A stretch of DNA of 63,049 nt, the filler included, from Octopus bimaculoides (Eukaryota): the NCBI RefSeq assembly GCF_001194135.2. It is 7 parts of 6 records of this genome, joined end to end, with 100 filler letters (N's around TTAATTAATTAA, not from the genome) between each part and the next. Parts side by side here need not be neighbours in the genome. Positions count along the whole stretch, not along the records: positions 34,308 to 41,911 come from NC_068988.1; positions 42,012 to 59,425 come from NC_068991.1; 5 more parts are not named here. One strand, written 5' to 3'. Positions 36,594 through 50,289 of this stretch are shown piece after piece (position 1 is the first letter of the stretch; each line of letters begins with the position of its first letter). The notes under the pieces were generated by a model. It worked only from the letters and a program-made list of their open reading frames with translations. It searched no databases and was not told the DNA's origin. A program made the position numbers and the translations under genes.

Positions 36594-36987
36594 GCTCTCC
36601 TCGGACGCATAAGACCATATAGGTTTTCAACATACAGGATACTCCATTATAATTTTTTAGCAAATTTTTCATCAGAACTAGAGAATAAAATAATTACAAT
36701 GCTTACTGCTATTATTGTAGCAGAATGAACTTAGGGGAGAAAATACTTAAAGCCTACTATAATTTAGAGTGGCAGAAGAAAATAACAATGGGAATCAAGA
36801 AAGAGTCGTGGTGATATTGCTACATTCATCTGTAACTATTTCCTCCCTAAGTTCATTCTGCTGCAATAATAGCAGCAAGTATTGTAATTCTTTTATTCTC
36901 TAGTTCTGATGAAAAATTTGCTAAAAAATTATAATGGAGTATCTTGTATGTTGAAAACCTGAATGGTCTTATGCGCCTGAGGAGAGC
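36594..36987. mobile_element. Foldback/MITE-like element with ~150-bp terminal inverted repeats and ~90-bp spacer
   Basis: 36594-36745 is the reverse complement of 36837-36987 with about a dozen differences, mostly transitions. Termini GCTCTCCTC and GAGGAGAGC. Confidence 0.85.
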
Positions 36988-37050
36988 TTATATATATATA
37001 NNNNNNNNNNNNNNNNNNNNNNNNNNNNNNNNNNNNNNNNNNNNNTATAC

Positions 37051-37470
37051 AGGCTGTGTGGTAAGAAGCTTCCTTCCCAAACACATGGTTCTGAGTTTAG
37101 TCCTTTTGCGCTTGGCATCTTGGGCAAGTGCCTCCTACTATAGCCTCGGGCCGACCAAAGCCTTGTGCGTAGGTTTGGTAGACGGAAACTGAAAAGAATC
37201 CCGTCGTGTAAATATATAAATAACTATCTATAGATATAGATATATTTATGTGTTTGTGTGTCTTTGCATCCGTGTTTGTCCTCCCCTTACCATCACTTGA
37301 CAACCGATGTTGGTGTGTTTACGTCTCCGTAACTTAGCGGTTCGGCATAGGCACCGATAGGATAAGTAGTAGGTTTAGAAAGAATTAGTCCTGGGATCGA
37401 TTTGTTCGACTAAAACCCTTTAAAGGCGGTGCTCCAGCGTGGCCGCAGTCAAATGAATGAAACAAAAGAA
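37051..37470 (+). mobile_element. SINE family A, full length
   Basis: Head GGCTGTGTGGTAAGAAGC, core, TA/TG tract and tail GGCGGTGCTCCAGCGTGGCCGCAGTCAAATGAATGAAAC. Confidence 0.9.
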
Positions 37471-37720
37471 TATATATCGAACGTTGGCATGCCGAAACTT
37501 CGAAGTCACTGTCACTACTCTTGTTGTAAAAGTTTAGTAAGCAGGCACTCCACTCATCCGTATTGAGGACTTCTCCATTCTAGTGTTAAATTGTTTTTAC
37601 TATAACTTTGCATAAAAGAAACCATGAATGCGTGCGAGCGCTTTTGTGTGTGTGTGTCTGCGTGTGCATGTGTGTATGGTGTATGCATATATTCATGTAT
37701 AAATACATACATATTTATGC

Positions 37721-37795
<75 letters not shown>

Positions 37796-38393
37796 CTTAC
37801 ATACGTATGTGTTTATATATATGTATGTGTGCATACACATAATTGAATCCGTTTAATTGCTTACGGGATAATTGCATTATTTTGTTAACTGCATCATATT
37901 TTTTTGCCCGATTTGGAGTAAAACATTGGCGAAATGTAGCATAAAATTTAACATTTCTTTGATTTGGTATGAATATATCGATTATGTAAAATTTCCATTT
38001 TCATGATGTTTTAAATGACACCAGTCAGCACTTCGTGTTTATCAAAAACACCACCACCAACAACAACAATAACAACAACAGAGGTCAAATGATATTAAAA
38101 TCTATTCAAATTATTCTTACTATTTCAATGAATTAAAGGCAATCGATGTTCATATTCCAGTGAATTTTTAGTTGATTTTTAATTTTCTGATACAATTCGT
38201 CAATAAATTATTGTAGATAAAATTTGTAGAATAAAATAGTTTCGACTCAGATGAACACTATGTTGTTGTTTTCATTATAGACTCTGTTAATCTGTTATTG
38301 AACTCTATTAAATATTTCTTAATCTGCATGACCCCAGCTTTTACAGTATTTGATGGCGTAAAAGACCCATGAGCGTAACAGACCCATCACTAT

Positions 38394-38789
38394 AGGCGCA
38401 GGAGTGGCTGTGTGGTATGTAGCCCACCCACCACATGATTCCGGGTTCAGTCCCACTGCGTGGCATCTTGGGCAAGTGTCTTCTATAATAGCCTCGGGTT
38501 GACCAAAGCCTTGTGAGTGGATTTGGTAGACGGAAACTGAAAGAAGCATGTCGTATATATGTATATATATATATGTATGTGTGTGTATATGTTTGTGTGT
38601 CTGTGTTTGTCCCCGCCAACATCGCTTGACAAACAATGCTGGTGTGTTTACATCCCCGTAAATTAGCCGTTCGGCAAAAGAGACCGATAGATTAAGTACT
38701 AGGCTTATAAAGAATAAGTCCTGGGGTCGATTTGTTCGACTAAAGGTGGTGCTCCAGCATGGCCGCAATCAAATGACTGAAACAAAGAA
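38394..38789 (+). mobile_element. SINE family A, full length
   Basis: AGGCGCAGGAGTGGCTGTGTGGT head through the GGTGCTCCAGCATGGCCGCAATCAAATGACTGAAAC tail; colinear with the 37051 copy. Confidence 0.9.
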
Positions 38790-38819
38790 TATTTTCAGAC
38801 GAATTCATAGTTCAATAAA

Positions 38820-39075
38820 ATGACATCAAGAGTTATTTCCCCTGTTTATTATTTATGCATATGTAAACAAAATAAAAAATAAATTTTGTTTCACTCGTCC
38901 GCCAGTTTTGAAGATAATCAAACCGAAATTTAAAGAGTTCGAGCCACTCACCCATTGAGTATTTCTGCCAAATTTAGTGAAAATCCGTTCGGCTGTTTTC
39001 CAGTAATTTTGAAAACACACAGACAAGCAAACAAAGACATGTGACTACGATACTTTGCTTTCGCTTACGCGCGCA
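38820..39075 (+). mobile_element. Non-autonomous Helentron/HINE-like element
   Basis: CCAAATTTAGTGAAAATCCGTTCGG...ACACACAGACAAGCAAACA motif and a terminal hairpin ACTTTGC...GCAGAGT, resembling DINE-1/Lep1-type ends. Confidence 0.4.
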
Positions 39076-39409
39076 GAGTAAATAAGTTTTACCTTCGGTA
39101 AGAACAGTAAAGTTTATTCTAAACTGGAAAAGTTATAAAAATCCTGAAACATGCCAAGAATTGTCTCCTACACTTTCAGGAAAACAATAACAAAACAATA
39201 ATGATAATATCAGTTACTGGAGAATGTTGTTGTTTCTTCAACTTCATATATTTATTTCTAGTTAGTCTTCTTAATGTTCCTTGTATTAAATATGTTAACA
39301 CTAACTTAGCAATAAAATTCGATGTTGTATGTAAAGAGCGGAAAGTAAATTGAACATACATTCTATAAAATTATCCTAAGTGATTTCGAAGAAATGTCAT
39401 AACCACTCA

Positions 39410-39630
39410 GCATTATGTTATATTATGGAAAACATTCCGTGATGTCATCGCGTTCAAATAAAATCTAAACGCACAGGGAACAAGACAAGAACATCACGTG
39501 ATGAGATGCAAAACGATCTCAAATTTCGTTGTTTGGTGGTTTAATAATGCTGCAGTATGGGATGATTCCTGCTTAGTGCATGTCGTTCAATGGTGATTGC
39601 ATTGACGCGTCAACTCAGAGACGCCATTTT
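39410..39630. promoter_or_regulatory. CpG-retaining segment with palindromic E-box, CRE-like palindrome and YY1-like motif
   Basis: CATCACGTGATG (39492-503), TTGACGCGTCAA (39602-13), CGCCATTTT (39622-30). Motif-level evidence only. Confidence 0.25.
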
Positions 39631-39781
39631 ATGTTAATTGTATGCTTTCGTATTTTACCATATTTTTCTCTTTCCCTCTTTTTCTCTCCTACACACATGC
39701 ATCACAAATGTGTACTCTCAATATTTGCATGAATTGTTTAATAAAATAACACACACACACATACACACACATGTAAGCGCA

Positions 39782-39839
<58 letters not shown>

Positions 39840-41029
39840 CACACACATGCATACATATATTCTTTATTCTGAGTTGTCCATCGTTCTTGTAAAGTGGAAA
39901 GTGTTCGTGGATTCATAGTTTATGAAGATCATTTACATTGGTATTGCTTAATTTTCTTCATAGGTTATCTAATTAGACTCAGATAATGCTTAGATATTGA
40001 TGTCTAGTTTGGGGGGGTCGTGTAACATATGTATGTATGTATGTATGTATGAGTGCAGATTCTCTGAACGTCAACATTGAATATATACAACACACGAACT
40101 CCACACAAAAGAAATACGCCCTCTGATGAACTCCCACAACACACAAACATACAAACATTACATATACCCAAAATAGAATATAATATAATGCAAATAAATT
40201 CACCATCCAACACAGTTCTTTTTTTATCCAAGAGTCAAACCCAAGGGAGATAATCACTCAAAAAGTGTCAGCCAAGAGTTGATATTTTATCGACTTCGGA
40301 AGGATGAAAGGCAAAGTTGACCACGTCAGAATTTTAAGTCAGAACGTAAAGTCGGAAGAATTACTGCTAAGCATTTTGTCTGGCGCCGTAACGATTCTAT
40401 CAGTGCGCCACCTTACGTCTATATTGGCTTCAAAATTTGGCACAAGGCCAGTAATTTCGGGAAGGAGATAAGTCGATTACATCGACCCCAGTGCTCAAAT
40501 GATACTTATTTTACCAGGCTAAGTCGACACTGGCGTCGTTTGAAATCAGAACGTAAAGTCGGAAGAATACCGCTACACGTTTTGTCCGGCGCGGTAACGA
40601 TTCTACCGGCTCACCGCCTTGCTCTCTGTCTCTATTAGAAACAACTATATTTCGTCTCAGTTGGGGAGATTCTAAGCGGTAAGTTGACATGTTAAAAATA
40701 GCAGCTAGATTTTGTTAAAATCAAAACCTGGTACTTTGGTTCTCAAACGCTGTGCCGCAGATTAATAAAATTCTAGTTTCAGACTAGAGTTACTATCATT
40801 TACAAATTTATGAATAACACATCTTTTAAAATGTTAAAGCATCTTAAAAACGTGTTATTCATAATATTTTTCCAATACAAGTATGATTAGTAAAACTAGA
40901 TAATTAATTCTTTAGTTTCTTTTTCTAAATTTTTCACATGAAAAACAGTTTTTTAAAAATAATATTTTCCATGCGAAGTGTGGCATTAAATTTTTCTATT
41001 TGATCTCTAATGCACCATGGAGCCAAAAT

Positions 41030-41220
41030 AATTGAGAACTTTTGCTCTAGTATTCAAAAGGACACCATGAACAATATAGTGTCCACAGTGGTCATATATA
41101 GCATATAAAGCTATAGAAATATACAATATGAACACAAAATGCGAAAGACAATCGATCGTTACGGCTAGAATAGCTTTGATCATAAGTCTGTTTTTCAGAG
41201 CAGGCCTGCACTTGGGGTTA

Positions 41221-41282
<62 letters not shown>

Positions 41283-41301
41283 CAACAACAACAACAACAA
41301 C
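41030..41301 (+). mobile_element. Dispersed non-autonomous retro-like repeat ending TGGGGTTAAA plus (AAT)n(CAA)n
   Basis: Related segments (GGCTGCTATTTCTAG, CATTCCARCCATGACCATCC, CCTGGGGTTAAACAAC) recur at ~22440, 22870, 24300-24475, 33170-33215, 46790-46910, 47205-47385, 56040-56200 and 62205-62340. Confidence 0.5.
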
Positions 41302-41863
41302 AAGAACTCCGATACTAAAACAAAAACAACAGGGAATCAAACATTTACACGAACAAAAGATTGCAAAACATTGTCACAGATCAGCAATAGTACGAAATGT
41401 AAAAACCGATATATTGAAGGTACGTGTATTAACCACAATTGGTTAATGAAATAAATATTGCTCTGCAATGTTGTATTGATGTAGTAAGTGGCGGTAGGTG
41501 GCTTTGGTAATCACTGTAGTAGTAGTAGTAGTAGTAGTAGTAGTTGGTGTTGTCAGTGTTAGTGGTGGGTCATAAAATGTGATGTTGGCCGACAAATACG
41601 GACAGCGTTGTTGTGGTCAGTGGAGTACGGACAGAAGCAATAAAATATAGCCTCTTTTCATGATAGACAATCTCCTAATTTAATGACAATAACAGAATGT
41701 ATGATATTAATTAATTAATTGATTATTCACCTGAAATCACACATCGTGGCTATGGAAGGGGAGTGGAAAGGATGTTGGCTTCGGTGGACGGTGTTGCTCG
41801 GTTGAAGTGAAAAGTGTTATTTGATTGAAAATTAATCTTAGTATTTGTCACTGACAGAGGTAT

Positions 41864-41911
<48 letters not shown>

Positions 41912-42012
41912 NNNNNNNNNNNNNNNNNNNNNNNNNNNNNNNNNNNNNNNNNNNNTTAATTAATTAANNNNNNNNNNNNNNNNNNNNNNNNNNNNNNNNN
42001 NNNNNNNNNNNA

Positions 42013-42066
<54 letters not shown>

Positions 42067-44453
42067 CAACAGGCTTCTTTCATTTTCCGTCTACCAAATC
42101 CACTCACAAGGCTTTGGTCCGACTGAGGCTATAGTAGAAGACCCAAGGTTCCACGCAGTGGGACTGAACCCGGAACGATGTGGTTGGTAAGCAAGCTACT
42201 TATCACACAGCCACTCTTGCGCCTGTATATTCGCAATTTTCAAAAATTTATTTATTAGTCTGTATTATCACAAGTGTCTGATGTGCGTAACTGCTCATCA
42301 AAAACTCTAAGTGACAGTCTGTGATGGTTTTCCCGTTTAATAAAATAGCGTGCATATATATATACATGCGTGTGTGTGTGTGCGCGCACTCGCGTCTGTG
42401 TACAGACAATCCTTTATCGGGCGTTCACTGAAATAGTGTATAAGAATTGAATTTCCAAATGACGAATCATTCACTTACTCATGCTTTATTACATAACAGC
42501 ATTCCATTTCTAAGTGAGTTCCTTAACCTGATAATCAAGTAGTTAAATAAACTGAATCATCTGGTCATCTAGCCCAAGTGGTCATCCTTGTCAGTGACAA
42601 AATATGAACTTAAAAGTCTCCGTGATTTTCTAGAAAGAAAATTGCTCTATTCCTTTCCTGAAATGTTGCCACTGCTCCAGTGACTGGTATACGCCCAAAC
42701 AAAATTTCAATACCAATCTGAAGCTTATTATATTTCCATTGTGTTACATTAGTAACACAATGGAAATACAATAGCTTCAGGAATATACTTGTGTCACACT
42801 CTCTATCTCATTGTGCCACTCAAACGTCTTTACCTAATCAAAAATAAAGTATATTTATTCTGAATTCGACTCTTGAGTATTTAAAAATCATTCTCTTAAC
42901 CTGCTACTTTTCTAGTTTGGTGTCCGAAGACAAGGGTAAAAGACACTGAACCAAGGTACCACGCATTAGGATCGAACCCAAAACTTCATGATTGAGATGC
43001 AAACTTCTTGACCATTGCCACTGATCGGATGGATAGCACCTGTAGCTCAAAGGTACAGCTTTGTTATGCATTGTATCTGGCTGATTCTTACTGAGATTTA
43101 TGTTAATGACAAGTGTCTAGAATACACAGCTACTAATGCTACCGCATTCAACGAGCTGGTAATTCAGTCGACCGAACAATTAAATCTTCACCGTCGAAAC
43201 CGACAAAATCCCTTTCTTACTATCGTGGTGAAAAGCATAAAAATCAACCCTTGTTACTGTGGGACGACAGATGTCTGCACCGACAGCAACACTTAAGCCC
43301 CACTCAAGATGATGCACCAACCCGATTTCAATTCCACTTGAATTCAATTGTTAAAACAAGTACACACTTCTAATTCCCACACCCTTAAAAATTTTTGTCT
43401 AATGGATCACAATTAAAACTCACCGACTGTTGGTGCTTCGGAAAAATGCTTTGCAGAATTTCTTCTGCCGCTTTACGTTCTGAGCTCAAATCCTGCTGAG
43501 GTCAACTTTGCCTTTAATACTTCCGGTGTCTATAATGTAAAGTACTAGTTAAGTACTGTAGCCAATGGCATGGACTAATCTTTTCCAGACTTCTGGCCAT
43601 GCATTATAATTTGAAACCATAAATGTGGCGAGCTGGCAGAATCTTCACTACGTCAGACAAAATACTTAACGGCATTTCTTTCGTCTCTTTATGTTCTGAG
43701 CTCAGATCCCACCGAGACTAACTTTGTCTTTCGTCTTTTCGAGATCGATAAAATAAAATGCCAGCCAATAATTAGAAGCGATGTAAGTGACTTTCCCCTT
43801 CCCTCAAAATTACCGAACTTGTGCCAAATTTAGAATGAATTATAAATCTCTGTTGCAAGGGTAGTTGTGTTAGCAGAGACAGTAAAGTATCTGATTAAAT
43901 GTATTACTGTGTTTCGCTTTATCGCTCTAGGTTTAGATTTCAAATTTCTCTATGCGATAAAGCTCAACTATATATNNNNNNNNNNNNNNNNNNNNNNNNN
44001 NNNNNNNNNNNNNNNTATATATATATATATATATATATATCCTACACACACACACTCACACTACAAAATAATCACAAGGTCTTCTTCATAAAAACAATAC
44101 AAAAAAAGACAATATGTAATATTCGAGACTGTTAACCAAATATTTGTTCTGTTAAGTAGTCGTATAGCATCTCTTCATATTCAAACATTTGTTTTCTATG
44201 TTATTCTGCAAATCAAATAGATTATTCCAGGCACTGACTTGATGGACCACATTCTGTAACCATAGAAACGACAGAAGTTAGATAAAAGTGTACTGCTAAT
44301 ACGATTTAATTTTCTGTGATGATTAAATAAAGAAGATTGGCAGTCACGACCGACCGATTACATGCGATGTCTTGATAGCCAACATACTTAACTCCCGTCA
44401 TTTGAGTACTTCTAGTTCAATATGGTACTGCCAATACACAGAAAGACACACAG

Positions 44454-44489
<36 letters not shown>

Positions 44490-46997
44490 ACCACATTGGT
44501 GTTAGGGAAAAAAGCATTGTAATATGAACGATCGTTTTGTAGCTTGCAGCACTGAGTTCGAATCACACAAGTCCAGCACGGTTTCGACCAATTCCATTTT
44601 CATCACATTGCTGTGTCTGGATATGAATGTATCAGGAAAACATATTATCGAATACTTCTTATACGAACAAGCAAACACGAGAACGGAGGTGTGGGATAAA
44701 ATTCAGAGACAGCACTAGTCGACTTAGCACGTGTTAGTTAAGTTCCTTAAACCTACAACTCTTATCTAAGAATAATTCCACGATATGATAAGTACATTTG
44801 CTGCAAAGTGTTATTTAATGTGACGGAAATGATTTCTAAATATCTCTGACAATTACAGATTCAACCATTCCAAAGTAGCCTTGTTTGGATTGAACCTGCC
44901 GAAATATTATTCACTGAAGGTGGCGAGCTGGCAGAACCGTTAGCGAGTCGGACTGAATGCTTAGCGGCCTTTGATCCAGTGCTTTTCGTTCTGAATTCAT
45001 ATTCTGCCGAGGTCGATTGTTCCATATGTCTTTGCAGGGTCAATAAAATAAAGTACCAGTCAAGTACTGTGGTCGACGTCATCGATTTTCTCCTCCCTTC
45101 AAAATTGCAAGCATTGTGCTAAAATTAGAAAGAATCATAATGTAGACGAAAGCTACGTCGCTCTTATTTGGCGGAGTTACTGTTTTTGTGGTTAAATAAA
45201 AAGTAATGAATAAGTGCCTGTGCAAATATTAAGAACAAAAGGAAGATTCTCCTGAAGTCTTTCAAGTGAAAATTTAGAATGACAAAAATGGTATTGCTAA
45301 TAGGAAAGTTTTTATGAACAATAGATAAGTAACCAGTATGGTAATAGAGGAACAAAACAGTCCAGCATTGCTACCTTTAGATGATATAATGAACCAGTAA
45401 ACCTGAAGTTTGCTCATGATACTATGAGAGTCTACTTTCTTTAATCGTTTAGTTCAGAATGAAGAAAAGTGTCCGTGGCTCATTATGGACTGAGGAGAGT
45501 ATGCTAAAATTGTAATCCTAGCCGGAGCGCTTGCAACAAAGTGGGCTCTACAAAAGGCACCTGAGGACCAGGTGCTGGAGTTAAACCTGTAAGTGGATTA
45601 AGTTTGGTTTGAATTCATGCAAAGAGACGAAACAAATACCGCGAGGTATCCCTTCTGATACCCTAGTTTTTTCGCCAGTAAGCCACTCGAGATCCTTTTC
45701 TTTTTAGTATTTCCGAATCTAGGAGGTGGGGAGAAGGTTATCTTAAGACCAGAGACCTTGTCTAAATGATTCCAACTAGGCAACTTCCGCTAAAGGTACC
45801 CATGAAGACGAAGTGGTGGGATTCACAACTGGGCAATAGATTAAAAAACTTCCACCCCAAAACAATAGCCCTTCCTTCGACGGGCCTCCGCACTGTTTAT
45901 CTACCAAAATTTGATTCTTGCAAAACTAATGAAAGATAGGTACCCAAAGTGCAACTGTCTGAGATGAAAACCATAGCTTTGTAATTTATGAAGTGAATTT
46001 CTTTACTATACAGTCATGCCTGGAGATAAACCGTATAGAACCGTAAGATATCTAGTCCCTCTCTCAACCAATGCTTCCTTTAAATTGTTGCTATAGGTAC
46101 ACAAAAATTTATTTGTGCGTAAATTTTGCCTTTCTTTGCAAAGTACGTTTGCATCCATGCGAGTAACCATCTTCAATTTTAAAAAGTTCGATTACATCTA
46201 TAAAACCCTGTGTGTACATTTTTTCTTTTCCTTCGTGCACTAATTGTAAAACATGTTCGCACTATAAGCGGCAATTTGGATGGAACATCGCTTTCTAGTA
46301 TTTCTACCGTTTCATGGCCCTACTTCTCTTAGCACAGCATACAGTTCTCTTCCTGACAGCTGTTTACACTAAATATTTCTAAATATTTCTTATGAATTAC
46401 GACCCGTAACACTCACATTTATTTCCAGATCTCCTACTTAGTCACTTTGATTTTAGTTTCAGTTTACTAATTGTTTTCATCTCTATATTTTATCTTATTT
46501 CATTTCAGCTTTGCCAGTGAACGAGGACCGTGTATTTGTATCACATTATCTTATTTTTTATGTTATTTCTTTTTCTGGTTTTCGTACCCGCTGACATCAA
46601 CTTACGCTTGTTGTTTCAGCTCTAACAATGCGTTGGACCTAAACAACGACCTGTTGCGAAAAAGGACGACGAGCATCCAAACTGGGCGGGAGTGTAATTT
46701 AATCTCAAACCAAAGCACTTCAACGGAATGCTTCCAAAACAATGCACCCTGCTAAACATATCTAAAGAGCTAGTAAACTGAGTGAATGATAATATCTAAC
46801 ATGACCACCCCATATTATTTTTTGATATAGTATATCTAGAACTACATTACTTTTCTGAAACGGCAAAGTTATGACTTGAGGGTGATTTGGCTGTTATCAT
46901 TCACCGAATGATACCAGTGCTATCTTCGGTTCGTATGTTTTTATTGTACAAGTGCATGTACTTGTAATCTATGCACGTGTGTAATATATTTGTATGG

Positions 46998-47043
<46 letters not shown>

Positions 47044-48429
47044 ATGTTTGTGTGTGTGTGTGCAATGTATGTGCATGTATGCATGTTTGTGTGTGTGTCA
47101 GTGTGAGGTAAATGCGGTATCTTATTAGTACGTTAAAACACCATACAAGCCAGCCTCTTCACATAGAGGTGTTGCTGTTGCTGTGATTGTTATTGTTATC
47201 GTTGTTTAACCCCAGGTCAGGTTTCATCAAACAATTCTATCATAAAAATATTTCTGTCATAACCAACAATCTGTCTTTTCGTTATTCAGACATTGTCCAA
47301 TGTGTTCCTCTTCGTTTATAGATGATAGAGTGTGCTTTTTAAAGAGATTTGGTGACTATTTCTATATCATCGAAATACTGTGTAGAGTAAGAGTTGAGAA
47401 TACTTCGCCCGTGGACAAAATTTTCACCCATGTTAATATTGAAACCACCCTCTAACTAATTCCCTAAAATATATCTTGACCATTAAAATCAACAGTAATT
47501 TAATACTTCAACGCCATGGAATCATATTTAAGTTTCTTCTAGCACTATGCTTTGTCAACAGGATCCTAATACCTAAATAGCATGTTATTGAATTCAACGA
47601 AATTTGTGGGCACAATCTCGAGAAATGAGTGATATGAGAATAGTGACACCACTATACAGTAACGTCATTATATATATNNNNNNNNNNNNNNNNNNNNNNN
47701 NNNNNNNNNNNNNNNNNNNNNNNNNNNNNNNNNNNNNNNNNNNNNNNNNNNNNNNNNNNNNNNNNNNNNNNNNNNNNNNNNNNNNNNNNNNNNNNNNNNN
47801 NNNNNNNNNNNNNNNNNNNNNNNNNNNNNNNNNNNNNNNNNNNNNNNNNNNNNNNNNNNNNNNNNNNNNNNNNNNNNNNNNNNNNNNNNNNNNNNNNNNN
47901 NNNNNNNNNNNNNNNNNNNNNNNNNNNNNNNNNNNNNNNNNNNNNNNNNNNNNNNNNNNNNNNNNNNNNNNNNNNNNNNNNNNNNNNNNNNNNNNNNNNN
48001 NNNNNNNNNNNNNNNNNNNNNNNNNNNNNNNNNNNNNNNNNNNNNNNNNNNNNNNNNNNNNNNNNNNNNNNNNNNNNNNNNNNNNNNNNNNNNNNNNNNN
48101 NNNNNNNNNNNNNNNNNNNNNNNNNNNNNNNNNNNNNNNNNNNNNNNNNNNNNNNNNNNNNNNNNNNNNNNNNNNNNNNNNNNNNNNNNNNNNNNNNNNN
48201 NNNNNNNNNNNNNNNNNNNNNNNNNNNNNNNNNNNNNNNNNNNNNNNNNNNNNNNNNNNNNNNNNNNNNNNNNNNNNNNNNNNNNNNNNNNNNNNNNNNN
48301 NNNNNNNNNNNNNNNNNNNNNNNAATATAGGTATTCTTTCGCTTCAACCCGCGCACTTCATTAATTTCCGTAAAAAAAATTTTATCTATTTACTTTTTGC
48401 GCGCAGTGTTCAGCATTCCAAGATTCGAG

Positions 48430-50176
48430 GAAGGTAAATAGTCATGTGTATGAAACTTATAGAGAAGCATGCTATCAGCAAGGTTTTTTTAGAAAATGAT
48501 GTGCATTGAGACCTTACATTGACTGAAGCATCAATATCAGATTCTCCAAGGAAACTCTGTAAACTTTTTGCAATTATACTGAACATGTGTCAACTTGGCA
48601 GTCCCCTACAGCTTTGGATGAAACATTGTGAGGACATGGCTGAGGGCTTAAAGTATGCAGTTCAACAGTCAAACACAAATATCAATATTGAAATTGAGGA
48701 TCAAGTTTTGGCCATGGGAGGTAAAAATTTGTAAGAGTCTGGCTCTGGACAGCCAAAAACATGCCGCCAAATTAGTGATTTAACTTCTAGAGACATAGCA
48801 AGAGAGACAAATTATGACATCACAAACTTGGCTGCATTTGTGAATGAACATGAACCTAAGCTTCTTCCAGAACAACGTTGTGCATATGAAGAAATTATTT
48901 CGTCAGACAGAGAAAAAATCGGAGTAATTTTCTTTCTTGATACTCCTGGTGGCACAGGTCAGACACTTGTAACAACACTGCTTCTCTCCAAGGTGAGGCA
49001 ACAAAATAGAATTGCAGTTGCTGTAGCATCGTCTGGCATTGCTGTCACCCTTCTCCCAAGAGAACGAACAACTCATTCTGCTTTTAAATTATCGCTAAAT
49101 CTGGTCACAAATGACAGTCCAGTTTGTAAAATAAGCGAAGGTTCAGGTTCAGTAGAAGTACTGTGCCAATGCCACCTGATCATTTGAGATGAACGCACCA
49201 TGTCACATACAGGTGCAATGGAAGCTCTTTATAAGACCTTACAGGACATAATCTATGGGAGGAGTTACAATAGTTTTATCAGGAGACTCCGGATAGACAT
49301 TGCCAGTCATTCCAAGACGAACAAAATCTGATGAAATAAGATCATGCATTAAATCTTCACACCTATAGAATAAATTAAAAAAATTCTCCTTCAATATCAA
49401 TGAGCGAGATTTATTATATGGGGAAATATGTGCAGAACAGTTTTCAACCTGACTCCTCCAATAAGGAAATGAGAAAATACCATTTGATGGGAATGGTGGT
49501 ATCAATTTGGTTCGTATTGCTATAACGGGGAATTCTCCAGCTGAATTGAAGAAAGGGTATTTTCAGACTTAAGTAATGTGAAAGGGCGATTCTTGCTTCA
49601 AAAAATGAGACAGTAGCAAGGATTAACCATAAATTAATGAATAAGATTTCAACAGTCATTAAGGAGTACAAGTCAGTTGATTCAGTCCTTGATGAAAATC
49701 AAGCTGTCCATTACCCAATAGAGTTCCTTAATTCTCCTGAGCCACCTGGAACTCCTTCGCATAAACATTTTCTAAAAGTCCTAATAATGCTTCTGAGAGA
49801 TTTAGATCCTCCTAAGTTATGCAATGGGACAAGGTTGACTGTGAAGACATTATCACCTAAATTGATAGAAGCTACCATCATCACTAGATGTACCTCTGGG
49901 GAAGAGATCTTCTTTCCAAGAATTCCAATCAAACCAACGGATATGCCATTTGAGTTCAAACGAACACAATTCCCAGTGCGATTTTGCTTCGCAATGTCTA
50001 TTAATAAAACTAAAGGTCAGACTTTGAAATCAACTGGCTTGCACTTAATTGAGCCTTGATTTTCTCATGGTCAGCTTTATGTTGGTTGCTCCACGGTTGG
50101 TAGTCTGTAAGACCTATTTGTCTATACTCCAAACCAGAAAACAAAGAATGTTGTTTACCCAGAAGCTCTTACCTAA
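48430..50176 (+). mobile_element. Helitron RepHel pseudogene (linker plus full PIF1-like helicase), degenerate
   Basis: VYETYREAC..GFLEND, FLDTPGGTGQT (Walker A Lys replaced by Gln), AVASSGIAVTLLP, LCNGTRL, QFPVRFCFAMSINKTKGQTL, HGQLYVGCS...VVYPEALT*. Multiple stops and frameshifts. Confidence 0.95.
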
Positions 50177-50289
50177 TTTCCTTCAACATATGTGATAGAA
50201 TTTATCTCCCTTCATAAAAGTGGTAACCTTTATATTTTCGTTTTTTATCATTATTATTATTGTTGTTTGTTGTTGCTGTTGTTTGTTAC

